A stretch of DNA of 64,000 bases from a virus (IMGVR_UViG_3300008448_000012:32001-96000); one strand, 5' to 3'. Numbered from the stretch's first letter, positions 50,075-59,476 are shown. Program-made: numbers and translations. The notes: generated from the letters alone by a model not told the origin.

Positions 50075-50485
50075 ATGGCAAAATCCCTATTTCCAGAAGA
50101 CATGATGTCAAAGTCTGGAGGAGCTATGACTCTTGAAACCATCGCAGCTAAGCTCACTTATTTTCATGAGCAATTGCATCTATTGCATTGGCAAACAAGC
50201 TCTTATGCTGAGCATCAAGCTCTTGGAGGATTGTACGATTATGTACATGATTTCAAAGATGGATTGATTGAAAAGATTATGGGATATACAGGGAAGCGTC
50301 CTAGTGGTTATAAAATTGATTCAGTTACAGCAACAGCTGCCACTTCTGTAGTTAGTGAACTTATGGCATTTGCTTCTAGTCTAAAAGATTATGGAGAAGC
50401 AAATTCATATCACGATGTTTGTAATCTTGCTGATTCTCTTTCTGGAGAAGCAGCTAAAACTAAATATCTGCTAACCCTCAGCTAA
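50075..50485 (+). CDS. Dps/ferritin-like protein
   Basis: LHLLHWQTSSYAEHQALGGLYD...DGLIE. Confidence 0.8.
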   Translation: MAKSLFPEDMMSKSGGAMTLETIAAKLTYFHEQLHLLHWQTSSYAEHQALGGLYDYVHDFKDGLIEKIMGYTGKRPSGYKIDSVTATAATSVVSELMAFASSLKDYGEANSYHDVCNLADSLSGEAAKTKYLLTLS

Positions 50486-50766
50486 TGCAAATACATACAA
50501 AATTCTTTCCCCAAGTGTTGCAAGATAATGAAATAGCTTATTTTGCACACTTGGAGGGAATTTTAGAGGCAGTGGATGAATTGGCTTCTTTAGAGATAAC
50601 AAAAAATCCACACTCATACCACTTTAGACTAGCTCCTTCTCTACCAAAATATAACGACATGTTATTGGAAGAGCTATTAAAGTTTCACAATTTGCTGCAG
50701 ATAAAGCTGAATCTCAGCAAGAGTATAAAAAGTTCAGCAACAATAGTATTTGAAATTTCAATTTAA
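50485..50766 (+). CDS. Hypothetical protein
   Basis: 93-aa ORF coupled to upstream stop. Confidence 0.6.
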   Translation: MQIHTKFFPQVLQDNEIAYFAHLEGILEAVDELASLEITKNPHSYHFRLAPSLPKYNDMLLEELLKFHNLLQIKLNLSKSIKSSATIVFEISI

Positions 50767-50771
50767 CTGAC

Positions 50772-51242
50772 ATGCCTACATTTATTAAAACAGGATTTTG
50801 GGAAAAACTGTCTAAAGCTCCCAAGGAATATTTGAATCTTGACAACCTCATCCAATCAATTGGAGGAGGAGGAGGTGGTTCCTATCTTAAATATATTGCT
50901 TCAATGGGGCAAGTTGGAATCAGTGACCCTCAGGTGATTGTTCATGAGAACACAATAGGTAATATTGTTTGGACAAGAGATTCTGATGGTTTATATATAG
51001 CCACTTTAGCAGGAGCATTTCCTAACGGAAAAGTTTGGTGCAATGTAACCTCAGGTTCCAACTATGGCAACACTACAATTCCTATTGGGTTTGCAAAAGA
51101 AAATTTTAATTCAAATGATTCACTTGCACTTCGTACAGGATATATTGATGCTACAGGTGCAGATGTTCCTGTAGATATAAATTCAAATTTTGGACCTAAT
51201 GTTGTTTATGAGTATTCTATTGAAATTCGTGTATACCCATAA
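50772..51242 (+). CDS. Putative structural/decoration protein
   Basis: GGGGGG linker, beta-rich domain ending SIEIRVYP. Confidence 0.55.
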   Translation: MPTFIKTGFWEKLSKAPKEYLNLDNLIQSIGGGGGGSYLKYIASMGQVGISDPQVIVHENTIGNIVWTRDSDGLYIATLAGAFPNGKVWCNVTSGSNYGNTTIPIGFAKENFNSNDSLALRTGYIDATGADVPVDINSNFGPNVVYEYSIEIRVYP

Positions 51243-51248
51243 AATAAA

Positions 51249-51280
51249 TTTGGTAAATCCAAATTAATTTATTACATTCG
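51249..51280 (+). promoter_or_regulatory. Bacteroidota sigmaA-type promoter
   Basis: AAAATAAA then TTTG-N20-TACATTCG. Confidence 0.7.
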
Positions 51281-51296
51281 CCCCTAAAACCAATTT

Positions 51297-51524
51297 ATGG
51301 AAAAAATTAAATACGATCCTACAAAATCCTACAAATGGACACCAGATGATTCTTTTATTTTGTCTGGAGGAGAATTCGGAACAATTCTAAATGCATTCCG
51401 TGCTGTACTTTCTTCTCAAGAAGCCCAAAAAATCATTGCTGTTGAAAGAGCAAATGATTTGCTTGAGGGAGTTTTGAAGAAAGCTGTAGAAGATGGAATT
51501 GCTGTAGAGTCAAATAATGAGTAA
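51297..51524 (+). CDS. Hypothetical protein
   Basis: 75-aa ORF after the promoter. Confidence 0.65.
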   Translation: MEKIKYDPTKSYKWTPDDSFILSGGEFGTILNAFRAVLSSQEAQKIIAVERANDLLEGVLKKAVEDGIAVESNNE

Positions 51525-51697
51525 TGAAAAAACAAATGATTAAACGCAAGGATGGTTCTGTCTCACAACGTGGTTTGTGGGACAACTTGAGGAGCAAAGC
51601 TGCTGAAAATAAAGCATCAGGAGCTAAGCCCAAAAAACCTACAGCCCAAATGCTTAAGCAAGAGAAGAAGATTAAAGCTGCTTCTAAGAAGAAATGA
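51524..51697 (+). CDS. Lys-rich micro-protein, 57 aa
   Basis: MKKQMIKRKDGSVSQRGLWDNLRSKAAENKASGAKPKKPTAQMLKQEKKIKAASKKK. Confidence 0.7.
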   Translation: MKKQMIKRKDGSVSQRGLWDNLRSKAAENKASGAKPKKPTAQMLKQEKKIKAASKKK

Positions 51698-51774
51698 AAA
51701 TGTGTGGTATCCATATAATCCCTTTGGATGAACATGGACTATGTCCAATATGTCTAAATGATAAAAACACTTAA
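51694..51774 (+). CDS. 26-aa CxxH/CxxC peptide
   Basis: MKMCGIHIIPLDEHGLCPICLNDKNT; fills the gap with an ATGA overlap. Confidence 0.45.
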   Translation: MKMCGIHIIPLDEHGLCPICLNDKNT

Positions 51775-51776
51775 TT

Positions 51777-51932
51777 ATGGCAAAGGTAAGCAAAGCTAAA
51801 AACATCTCTGCAGGTGTTGGTGGCAAAGGTAAGAAAGCTCCTATGGTAGATCCCAAAGGTGCTTATACAAAAGTGCAAGAACGCACTCTTGGTAACATGA
51901 AGAAAGGCGGTAAAGTTTCTAAAAAGAAATAA
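51777..51932 (+). CDS. Lys-rich micro-protein, 51 aa
   Basis: MAKVSKAKNISAGVGGKGKKAPMVDPKGAYTKVQERTLGNMKKGGKVSKKK. Confidence 0.7.
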   Translation: MAKVSKAKNISAGVGGKGKKAPMVDPKGAYTKVQERTLGNMKKGGKVSKKK

Positions 51933-51934
51933 CC

Positions 51935-52096
51935 ATGGCTACAGATAAAAAGTGGATACAAAAAGCCACTGCTTCTATTAAACGTAGAGGTACAGAAGGT
52001 AAATGTACCCCCATCACTAAACCTGGATGCACAGGTAAAGCTAAAGCCCTTGCCAAGACTTTCAAGAAAATGGCTAAAGCCCGTAAAGGCAAATGA
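51935..52096 (+). CDS. Lys-rich micro-protein, 53 aa
   Basis: MATDKKWIQKATASIKRRGTEGKCTPITKPGCTGKAKALAKTFKKMAKARKGK. Confidence 0.7.
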   Translation: MATDKKWIQKATASIKRRGTEGKCTPITKPGCTGKAKALAKTFKKMAKARKGK

Positions 52097-52296
52097 CAAT
52101 ATTCGAACCATCAAATCGTGTTGAGGTTTCTACTCCCAAAGGTGATGGAGTCATTTGGTTAGTGACCGAGTTTGGTCATGAAACAGATACAATTTACACT
52201 GTAATTATTAATGATACAGGTGAAATGTGGCAGTTGCGTCATAAAGATATTATTGTAAAGAACAACATTACTTTTGGTAGAAATGGCAACTATTAA
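52093..52296 (+). CDS. Small hypothetical beta protein
   Basis: 67 aa; VSTPKGDG..NITFGR. Confidence 0.6.
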   Translation: MTIFEPSNRVEVSTPKGDGVIWLVTEFGHETDTIYTVIINDTGEMWQLRHKDIIVKNNITFGRNGNY

Positions 52297-52642
52297 AAAA
52301 CTTCTTCAGGATGCTCCTAGGATGAGAGGTGTTACACCTGTTCCTAATGGACCATTGGTTAAGAAGAAAGGACCTTATAAAGGATCCACACTTAAATCAG
52401 GTGGTAAGGTGAAGGTTGTTGCTGGTGGTGAAAAGCACGTAGTTTACAAAGCTTCAAAGAAAACTTCTAAAGGTAAACCTGGAGATGTTATGGTGAATCA
52501 TCCTACAATGGATAAAGGTAAATGGGATACCATTAATCTTACCAAGAAAGGAAAAGCCAAAACTGTTAAACAGGGAGTTGCTGCTACAAAGAAATGGCAC
52601 AAAGACAACCCTGATTATAAATACAAGGGTAAAAAGAAATAA
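52283..52642 (+). CDS. Lys-rich basic protein
   Basis: Start MATIKK at 52283; LKSGG motif. Confidence 0.7.
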   Translation: MATIKKLLQDAPRMRGVTPVPNGPLVKKKGPYKGSTLKSGGKVKVVAGGEKHVVYKASKKTSKGKPGDVMVNHPTMDKGKWDTINLTKKGKAKTVKQGVAATKKWHKDNPDYKYKGKKK

Positions 52643-52643
52643 A

Positions 52644-52946
52644 ATGGCTACTGTTAAAAAAGTTATGAAGTCTGGTGGTAAAACACCTGCTTGGACACGT
52701 TCTGAAGGAAAGGATCCAAAAGGAGGTCTCAACCGTAAGGGTGTAGCTAGTTATAGAGCTGCTAATCCTGGCAGTAAGTTAAAGATGGCTGTAACTACAC
52801 CTCCTTCTAAGTTAAAGAAAGGTAGTAAGGCAGCAAAAAGAAGAAAAAGTTTTTGTGCCCGAATGTCAGGAGTTAAAGGTCCTATGAAAAAACCAAATGG
52901 TAAACCTACAAGAAAAGCTCTTGCTCTTCGTAAATGGAATTGTTAA
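52644..52946 (+). CDS. Basic phage protein (DUF6321-like)
   Basis: PAWTRSEGKDPKGGLN...RRKSFCARM...ALRKWNC. Confidence 0.75.
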   Translation: MATVKKVMKSGGKTPAWTRSEGKDPKGGLNRKGVASYRAANPGSKLKMAVTTPPSKLKKGSKAAKRRKSFCARMSGVKGPMKKPNGKPTRKALALRKWNC

Positions 52947-52965
52947 TCATAAAAATTAATATAAA

Positions 52966-53235
52966 ATGGCAACTGTTAAAAAGAAAATGAAATCTGGTGG
53001 ATCTCTTGGTATGAAATCAGTTAAGGCTGGTTATGACAAGAATCCTTCTGTAACTAGGGCTGACGTTATCGTAGCTGCTAAGGGTGAAGCTAAACATGGT
53101 ACTAAAATGAAGAAAGCTAAAAGTGGTGCTGCTTTGAAAAAGCAAGCTGCTACAGCTATTGCCATGAAAAAAGCTGGTAAGGCTCCCAAGAAGATGATGA
53201 AGATGGGTGGTAAATGTAAATATGGTTGCAAATGA
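52966..53235 (+). CDS. Lys-rich basic protein
   Basis: MKSGG, AKHG, AKSG and MKMGG motifs. Confidence 0.75.
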   Translation: MATVKKKMKSGGSLGMKSVKAGYDKNPSVTRADVIVAAKGEAKHGTKMKKAKSGAALKKQAATAIAMKKAGKAPKKMMKMGGKCKYGCK

Positions 53236-53369
53236 AATCAGGCAAACCAAAGAAAGCTCCTAAAGTGAAAAATCCTCGTCCAAAGGATAATTACATGAAG
53301 GAAGCTGATACAAAGCTTAGACTCAAAAGTCCTCAATGGCCTATGAAGCAGAAGAGATTATCAAAATAA
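53232..53369 (+). CDS. Lys-rich micro-protein, 45 aa
   Basis: MKSGKPKKAPKVKNPRPKDNYMKEADTKLRLKSPQWPMKQKRLSK. Confidence 0.65.
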   Translation: MKSGKPKKAPKVKNPRPKDNYMKEADTKLRLKSPQWPMKQKRLSK

Positions 53370-53400
53370 GAAAAGCCCCAATTAATTTTGGGGCTTTTTT
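53370..53400. terminator. Bidirectional rho-independent terminator
   Basis: AAAAGCCCCAA-loop-TTGGGGCTTTTTT at the convergence of the + and - gene blocks. Confidence 0.9.
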
Positions 53401-54068
53401 ATTTTCTTATAATAGTCTTGTTTAAACCTTGGAGATAGTGTAATCACTCCTTTTGTATTATCCAACACCTTGTCTGCCTTGTTTAGGATTGTTTCATTGG
53501 ATTGTTTACCCAGTCCTGATATATGTAGAGTGTTCATTCCCCATCTATATATCATTGTTGGATCATCTATGGTGTATATTTTGGCATTGTTTGAAAATGT
53601 AATGTCAGCATCCTCATCTCCACTTTTATCTGGAAACTTGATTCTGTCTAAATAGGATTTAGTGTATACATTCCCATTATTTACACTGCCTGTAATTTTA
53701 TCATAGACATTGTTCACAAAGAAATAGTGTCCCTTGCTTCTGTATATTTCATATCCAGGATTGGATTGAATTGCTTCAGACACAATCTTCAATCCTCCAT
53801 CATACAAAAGATCATCATCATCGAGTCTATATATGTAATCATATTTACACTGCTTATATCCCCATTCAAGTTTAGAGGCTATAGATGGAAATCTTTCTTT
53901 ACAATTGATAACTCTCACCCTGTCATGGTTATAAACATAATCCACTTCTGGATTATCATTTATAATAACCATTTCACAATTAAGTGAATCATCCTGTTGT
54001 AAAAAAGATTCAATAGCTTCTTCAAGAAGATGATGTCTTTTATATGTTATTGTAAGTGTAGATATCAT
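53382..54068 (-). CDS. Glycosyltransferase family 2
   Basis: TYKRHHLLEEAIESFLQQ, VIIND, YRLDDDD, GDED. Confidence 0.85.
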   Translation of the reverse strand: MISTLTITYKRHHLLEEAIESFLQQDDSLNCEMVIINDNPEVDYVYNHDRVRVINCKERFPSIASKLEWGYKQCKYDYIYRLDDDDLLYDGGLKIVSEAIQSNPGYEIYRSKGHYFFVNNVYDKITGSVNNGNVYTKSYLDRIKFPDKSGDEDADITFSNNAKIYTIDDPTMIYRWGMNTLHISGLGKQSNETILNKADKVLDNTKGVITLSPRFKQDYYKKIKKPQN

Positions 54069-54427
54069 TAGTATACCATCTCTTTGGCTAATCCTTTATC
54101 AAGAAGTACAGCGTTAAGATGCATGCTATAACCTTCACCACAATATACATCCACAAGTGGTCGTCCATATTTGTCCAGGTCCTTACTCTTGATGATGATT
54201 GTTGATCCTTCAGGGAGATTGGCTTTAGTGAACTCTTTAGATTCCAAGCCTCGTTTCTTTTCTTCAGCATCTTTAGTCTTTGTCTCAGGGGTATTAATTC
54301 CATAAAATCTACATGGAGATTTGAAATAGGTTCTGAATCCTAAGTCAATAAGCAAATCAGCAGTGTCTCCATCAAGCACCCTAATGATTGTAGCTTTATA
54401 ATAATGCAAGTTACTTTCCATACTCAT
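54068..54427 (-). CDS. Thermonuclease (SNase-like)
   Basis: VLDGDT, RFYGINTPE, DKYGRPL. Confidence 0.9.
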   Translation of the reverse strand: MSMESNLHYYKATIIRVLDGDTADLLIDLGFRTYFKSPCRFYGINTPETKTKDAEEKKRGLESKEFTKANLPEGSTIIIKSKDLDKYGRPLVDVYCGEGYSMHLNAVLLDKGLAKEMVY

Positions 54428-55073
54428 AGTCTAGAATTTTGCCCACAAGATCGCTCCTGTGATTTTCTTTAAGTTTAATGTATTGAATATCATCTATTCT
54501 TTTTGAGAGCTCAATAGCATAAGCCAACCCATTCATACCGTTGTCCCTGATATCTGTCTGTTCAAGATCACCATTAATGATAATCTTTCCTGTTTTACCA
54601 ATCCTTGTAAGAATTGCAAGCATCTGGGCTTTAGTCAGGTTTTGGGCTTCTTCTACAATAAGCACATCATCAATAGTCTTACCACGAATAAACTGTACAG
54701 GATAGGTGAGAATCTTCTTTCCCTCTATCAGTTCCTGTATCTTTATTGCATCGTAACACTTGAGAAGGTTCTCTTGGAATGCTTCCAAATAGGGATTGAA
54801 TTTATCATCAATACCTCCAGGAAGAAATCCCAATGAATTACCCACCTCAATTGTAGCTCTTGTAATAAACACCTTATCACATTGCTTCTTAAACAGAAAG
54901 TCTAAAGCACATTGTGCACTAACCAATGATTTACCACAACCTGCTCTTCCTGTAATTACAACTATTTGGTTTTCAATTATGAGCCTCTTTGCTTCCTTCT
55001 GCTCATCATTCAATGTCACCTTATACTTAATATCACTTTTGTACTCACGTTTAGGCTCTCGCATATTTTTCAA
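54411..55073 (-). CDS. phoH: PhoH-family ATPase
   Basis: GRAGCGKS, LGFLPG, FIRGKT, EEAQN, LTRIG, GDLEQTD, HRS. Confidence 0.92.
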   Translation of the reverse strand: MKNMREPKREYKSDIKYKVTLNDEQKEAKRLIIENQIVVITGRAGCGKSLVSAQCALDFLFKKQCDKVFITRATIEVGNSLGFLPGGIDDKFNPYLEAFQENLLKCYDAIKIQELIEGKKILTYPVQFIRGKTIDDVLIVEEAQNLTKAQMLAILTRIGKTGKIIINGDLEQTDIRDNGMNGLAYAIELSKRIDDIQYIKLKENHRSDLVGKILDYEYGK

Positions 55074-55440
55074 GTAGTTTATCTCTTCTAGAATTTATTT
55101 CCTCATACCTATACATATCCATTTCAACCTGATCATGTTCTTGCCATGTTAATAAGACAATGTTTTCAGGATCATAAGCTGCTTCTGGATATTTTTCTTT
55201 TGGAAGAATGTGATGAAAGAACACTGTCAATGGTTCATTCCCAAGAAATACATTGCTCACCTCAGAAAAGTGTCTACGTTGTGCCCAAACTTCTTTAAAG
55301 AAATCTTTCATTTCTCTTATCTGTATGCCACATTTACCATCTTTACATGTCCACTTTCTTGTTCTAGCCATTGCTTTCCTAGGTTTACATCTGAAACAAT
55401 ATTCACTATCAGCGTTCTTTCCGCATTTGATACATTTCAT
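55051..55440 (-). CDS. Small HNH-type nuclease with N-terminal Zn ribbon
   Basis: CxxC..CxxC; FHHILPK...NIVLLTWQEH. Confidence 0.65.
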   Translation of the reverse strand: MKCIKCGKNADSEYCFRCKPRKAMARTRKWTCKDGKCGIQIREMKDFFKEVWAQRRHFSEVSNVFLGNEPLTVFFHHILPKEKYPEAAYDPENIVLLTWQEHDQVEMDMYRYEEINSRRDKLLEKYARA

Positions 55441-55670
55441 TTGATTTTTTTATAAGCTGCCCATCCAACTTTAATATTGTACATGTCTATAAGAAAGTTA
55501 ACCTTCTCCTTCCAGAGTCTGTATTCCTTCTTACGTTTGTCAATTTTATCCTCTTCATATTCCAAACGCTCAATCTCTTCTTTGATTTCAGCAGCGTTCA
55601 GGTATTGTTTCTTGAAAAGGTTTAAGTCATTCTCCTCAATATCGAGGATCAAGTTAGTCTTCTTGCTCAC
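55437..55670 (-). CDS. Hypothetical protein
   Basis: 77-aa coupled ORF. Confidence 0.6.
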   Translation of the reverse strand: MSKKTNLILDIEENDLNLFKKQYLNAAEIKEEIERLEYEEDKIDKRKKEYRLWKEKVNFLIDMYNIKVGWAAYKKIK

Positions 55671-56046
55671 TTCTGTAAAGTTTTTCTTCTATAAATAATA
55701 ACAAATAAACGTCAGATAGGGTTGCTTTTTGGTTTGGACCAGGGATGTAGAACTCAAGAATTGCATCCAACCAATCATCACTAATATCCATAAGTGACAT
55801 ATACTTTTGATCATAGTTATTCCACCTATAGTAATATTGTCTGATGATTGAGAATGGATGGTCTTCCAAATACAAACAATGGTTAAACACTGTATTAGGT
55901 TTATCCCATCCCCATCTTGAATAGTCCAAGCCCCCATCCACCATGGCATTTTTACAACTACAGTATTTAAAATCGTGTCTATGGTAACTTTGAATAGTCT
56001 CACCACATAGACTACAATATACTGAATTATAAATTAATGTTTTCAT
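55654..56046 (-). CDS. Conserved phage Zn-binding protein
   Basis: CSLCGETIQSYHRHDFKYCSCKNAMVDGG. Confidence 0.7.
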   Translation of the reverse strand: MKTLIYNSVYCSLCGETIQSYHRHDFKYCSCKNAMVDGGLDYSRWGWDKPNTVFNHCLYLEDHPFSIIRQYYYRWNNYDQKYMSLMDISDDWLDAILEFYIPGPNQKATLSDVYLLLFIEEKLYRSEQED

Positions 56047-56602
56047 AAATCTTATTAATCTTGTTCCTGAATTCTGTTAACGATAAATCATTTTTCATTC
56101 TGTTACAATATTTACAACAAGGTACACAATTATTAGAAACATAACCAATTGTATTTTCTAGTCTATCTATACCATTATAATAAATTGACTTATTGCTTCT
56201 TTGAAAAAAGTTAGAAGAGGACTCATGACAATAGTAACATTTATCTTTTATTAAAACTTCAAACTCTTCCAAAGAAATAGAAAATTCGATATTTCTACGT
56301 TTTGCAGAAGATTTATATTTAATATAAATACTATTTACTAAAATATCAATTTTCTCTTTTTCTGATTTATTGCTATGAAATTTTTTAACAGATAATGATC
56401 TATTACAACCACAACTTGTAGTGGCACCAGAACTTAAATTATAAGAAACAACAACACATTCATTTCCACAATCACACAAACATTTCCAAAAAGTTCTACT
56501 ATTACTTTTATTTTTAGTAGAATATTTTTTGACATGGTCTAGTTCTAAAACTAAAAGTTTTCCATATCTGGTATTTGTTTTATCATGAATATTTTTATGC
56601 AT
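56027..56602 (-). mobile_element. HNH homing endonuclease
   Basis: RYGKLLV..WKCLCDCGN..SCGC; CYYC..GIDRLENTIGYVSNNCVPCCKYCNRMK. Confidence 0.85.
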
Positions 56603-56625
56603 TGTTGTTTCTTATTTAATTTAAT

Positions 56626-56757
56626 CTACAAACTTGCCAACCATTGCTTGGCAGCTTTGATTGTTGTAAAGTTACGGCTCATACGTATACCATCTACGTA
56701 TTTCCTAACCCTGTAAGTACCGTTGATTGTCTTGTAGATGTTGTTCATCTTTTTCAT
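56626..56757 (-). CDS. 43-aa AP2/Arm-like putative DNA-binding peptide (not in ORF track)
   Basis: MKKMNNIYKTINGTYRVRKYVDGIRMSRNFTTIKAAKQWLASL. Confidence 0.55.
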   Translation of the reverse strand: MKKMNNIYKTINGTYRVRKYVDGIRMSRNFTTIKAAKQWLASL

Positions 56758-56759
56758 AA

Positions 56760-57176
56760 CTATTGGTTTAAATAAATGACAATTCCAAGAGAGACTCCTT
56801 TTGTTGCTGTTACAACAGATTTAGGAATCTTACCAAGAAACCTATCTTGATGACTTGTAGTTCCTGTATAGTCATATGGAAGATTTCTTGTCAAATTATA
56901 ACCTGCATCAAATAACGCATACCTGAGACAGGTGAATGTAATTACATAATTCCATCCATCTTTTCTATCAATATGCGTAACCAAAGGTACAATTAATAAT
57001 GTTCCTATGGATGCAGCTTTAAAACTTTTTGATTCAAGCTTTTTCCCTTCGTCATATAGCCCATCACCCACAGCATTCAAGACAATGGATGTAGTGAACA
57101 ATCCCACTCTCACCCATTTGTCTTGAGATTTTGCTGTAAGCGATGCGACAATTAACAAAAGGAACAGGTATTTCAT
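56760..57176 (-). CDS. Membrane/exported protein
   Basis: Signal peptide MKYLFLLLIVASLTAKSQ and hydrophobic segments. Confidence 0.65.
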   Translation of the reverse strand: MKYLFLLLIVASLTAKSQDKWVRVGLFTTSIVLNAVGDGLYDEGKKLESKSFKAASIGTLLIVPLVTHIDRKDGWNYVITFTCLRYALFDAGYNLTRNLPYDYTGTTSHQDRFLGKIPKSVVTATKGVSLGIVIYLNQ

Positions 57177-57610
57177 TTCAAACCAGTTGATCCGAATCCT
57201 CCAGATCCCCTATTTGATTCTTCAAGAGAGTCAACTTCCTTAAATTCAACATCCAACACTTTTTCAAAATAGATTTGACCAACCCTATCTCCTGTACCAT
57301 AAGGAAGACTGTTTTCTATCAACTCTCCTTCAAGAGGTGTAAGAATCATCATCCATTCTCCCCTATAGTCACTATCAATAACTCCCACACTATTGTTCAT
57401 AACCCATCTATGTTTGGTCAGATTGCTTCTTGGTACAATGATTCCTTTGTAACCAACAGGGATTTCTGTAGCAAATCCCAGACCATAGACAGCTTTACCA
57501 TCCTTAAATGTAATAGAGCTACAATAAACATCGTAACATGCTGCATGTTCACTACCTTTTACAGGCAGTTTTGCATCCTTTGTAAGTCGTTTAAATTTCA
57601 CTGTTAACAT
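57173..57610 (-). CDS. dut: Trimeric dUTPase
   Basis: ACYD, PRS, GVIDSDYRGE, RGSGGFGSTG. Confidence 0.95.
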   Translation of the reverse strand: MLTVKFKRLTKDAKLPVKGSEHAACYDVYCSSITFKDGKAVYGLGFATEIPVGYKGIIVPRSNLTKHRWVMNNSVGVIDSDYRGEWMMILTPLEGELIENSLPYGTGDRVGQIYFEKVLDVEFKEVDSLEESNRGSGGFGSTGLK

Positions 57611-58619
57611 CTTGTTCGGTTTTAATTTCTACTTCGTTAATCTTACTCTTGATTTTCTCACGAATATCATTGTAAAACTCTTCATTATCTAACAGCATTG
57701 ATGAGAATTGCTCAAGATCATACTTTGTTTCTCCAAAAGTAATGGTTTTTCCCCATTTCTTGAAGATTTCATACTCACTTCCCAGTTCCATCATCTCTTT
57801 CAGCTTGTCAATACCCACACCATACACAATCTCAAACTGGCTCAGCCTATAGGGAGGAGACATTTTGTTCTTGATAGCCTTCACCTTGGTGATATTACCG
57901 TAGTTTACATCACCTTCTTTAGCCAAAGATTTGCTCACCTCTATACGAACATCTGAATAATACTTCAGAGCATGACCACCCTGTGTAGTTGTAGGATTAC
58001 CAAACATCACACCTATCTTCTCACGATATTGACTGATAACAATAACACAAACATTGTGTTCAGCAAGAGCAGATTTCATCTTTGGATAGGCAGAACTGTT
58101 CAGAACAGCTTTCTTACCGATAGCACTATCCCCCACCTCACCATCTAACACCTTCTTGGGAATAAGAGATGAATCTGAATCTATAATAACAAGATCCACA
58201 CCACCACTATTAATCATTTCCATAGCAATGTTAAAACCTTCCTCACCACAACTGGGCTGAGCAATCAACATCTTATTTGTATCTACACCAAGAGCCTCGA
58301 AATACTTCTTGTCAACAGCATGTTCACCATCTATATACAATACAACACCACCCTTCTTCTGACATTCTGCTACAGCATGACCACAAATTGTTGATTTACC
58401 TGAACCTTCCCATCCCATCAATTCATACATCTTTCCCTTTACAAATCCTCCTGTTCCCAATGTCACATAATCAAACCCTACAGATCCTGTACTGATTACA
58501 TCATATTCCCCATCTGACTTACTGCTTAATGTAAGAATTGTTCCTACACCGTATGTCTTATTTAATTTCTCCAGCGTTTCCTGGAACTTGTCCCCTGTTG
58601 ATTCTTTTGCTTTTGCCAT
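57591..58619 (-). CDS. recA: RecA recombinase
   Basis: GWEGSGKST, YIDGEHAVD, QYREKIGVMFGNPTTTQGGHALKYY, KNKMSPPY. Confidence 0.95.
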   Translation of the reverse strand: MAKAKESTGDKFQETLEKLNKTYGVGTILTLSSKSDGEYDVISTGSVGFDYVTLGTGGFVKGKMYELMGWEGSGKSTICGHAVAECQKKGGVVLYIDGEHAVDKKYFEALGVDTNKMLIAQPSCGEEGFNIAMEMINSGGVDLVIIDSDSSLIPKKVLDGEVGDSAIGKKAVLNSSAYPKMKSALAEHNVCVIVISQYREKIGVMFGNPTTTQGGHALKYYSDVRIEVSKSLAKEGDVNYGNITKVKAIKNKMSPPYRLSQFEIVYGVGIDKLKEMMELGSEYEIFKKWGKTITFGETKYDLEQFSSMLLDNEEFYNDIREKIKSKINEVEIKTEQDVNSEI

Positions 58620-58630
58620 AATTTTTTTAT

Positions 58631-58662
58631 CAAATATACAAAATATTGTTTAAAAGGCCAAA
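58631..58662 (-). promoter_or_regulatory. Bacteroidota sigmaA-type promoter for recA
   Basis: Minus strand TTTG-N20-TATATTTG. Confidence 0.75.
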
Positions 58663-58694
58663 TAAAAAAAGCCCAGGGGTAGAAACCCCCAGGC
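58663..58694 (-). terminator. Rho-independent terminator
   Basis: Minus strand GCCTGGGGGT-TTCT-ACCCCTGGGC-TTTTTTT. Confidence 0.75.
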
Positions 58695-58714
58695 GTAAAA
58701 TCGAAAACACAATA

Positions 58715-58882
58715 CTATTGAAGTTTCTTATTTCCTTTCTTGACAGGCTTTGTAAATGGACAATGTCTGCAAGAATTTCCACAACAATGGTTTCTATCTT
58801 TTAAATATTTTTCAGTAAAGATAATTTTACCATTTTCTAAATAAAAATGAATATTTTCAATAAATTCTTTTTTATCTTGCAT
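58715..58882 (-). CDS. DUF5522-like Cys-rich small protein, 55 aa (not in ORF track)
   Basis: FYLENGKIIFTEKYLKDRNHCCGNSCRHCPF. Confidence 0.75.
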   Translation of the reverse strand: MQDKKEFIENIHFYLENGKIIFTEKYLKDRNHCCGNSCRHCPFTKPVKKGNKKLQ

Positions 58883-59426
58883 GATTCAAGTATATCATTG
58901 TACATAAATTTACAAATTCTTCGTGAGACATAGATCCTTTAAATTTATTTAAAGGCTTATAAACCCATTGAACATTTCCTTCCACATAACCAAAGTTGCT
59001 ATTTATTCTATCTAAAGATGCATTTAAAGGGGTTCTTGATCCAGTATTTTTGTTCTTTAAAATCAAATCTATTCCTGTATAAGGACATTTTTTATTTTGA
59101 TTAATATAGATTTTCCATAAGTATTCTCCATCTACTTCAAACAATATGTTTCTCTTCAAGGCATTTTCTTTATAATGATAGATTATACTTCCAGAAAGTT
59201 CTGTATTCAAATGTCCTTTCCATTGACCGTTCAAAATCCCTTTATTTTTTTGACATCCACATGATTTAGTTTTTCCACGTTTAACATCTTGTAATGCAGA
59301 AATATGTTCATTTTTACATAGTAAACATATAAACTTCCAATAAGTTACCTTATTTATTCTATGTGAATGTTCTACAGCTTGAAGATTATTATAAATATCT
59401 CCTTTTTTGGTAATAGTTTTTGGCAT
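58872..59426 (-). mobile_element. HNH homing endonuclease
   Basis: Start MPKT; KSCGC; CPYTG..ASLDRINSNFGYVEGNVQWVYKPLNKFK. Confidence 0.85.
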
Positions 59427-59444
59427 ATGAGGATTTTGTTTATA

Positions 59445-59476
59445 CAAACGTACAACAAAATCCTCACATTACCAAA
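59445..59476 (-). promoter_or_regulatory. Bacteroidota sigmaA-type promoter
   Basis: Minus strand AAATAAA then TTTG-N20-TACGTTTG. Confidence 0.75.

Noticed and set aside
58663-58700. GTAGAAA/TTTCTAC resembling a Cas12a repeat or mini-CRISPR
   Set aside because: Single copy, no repeat-spacer array; explained as a terminator loop
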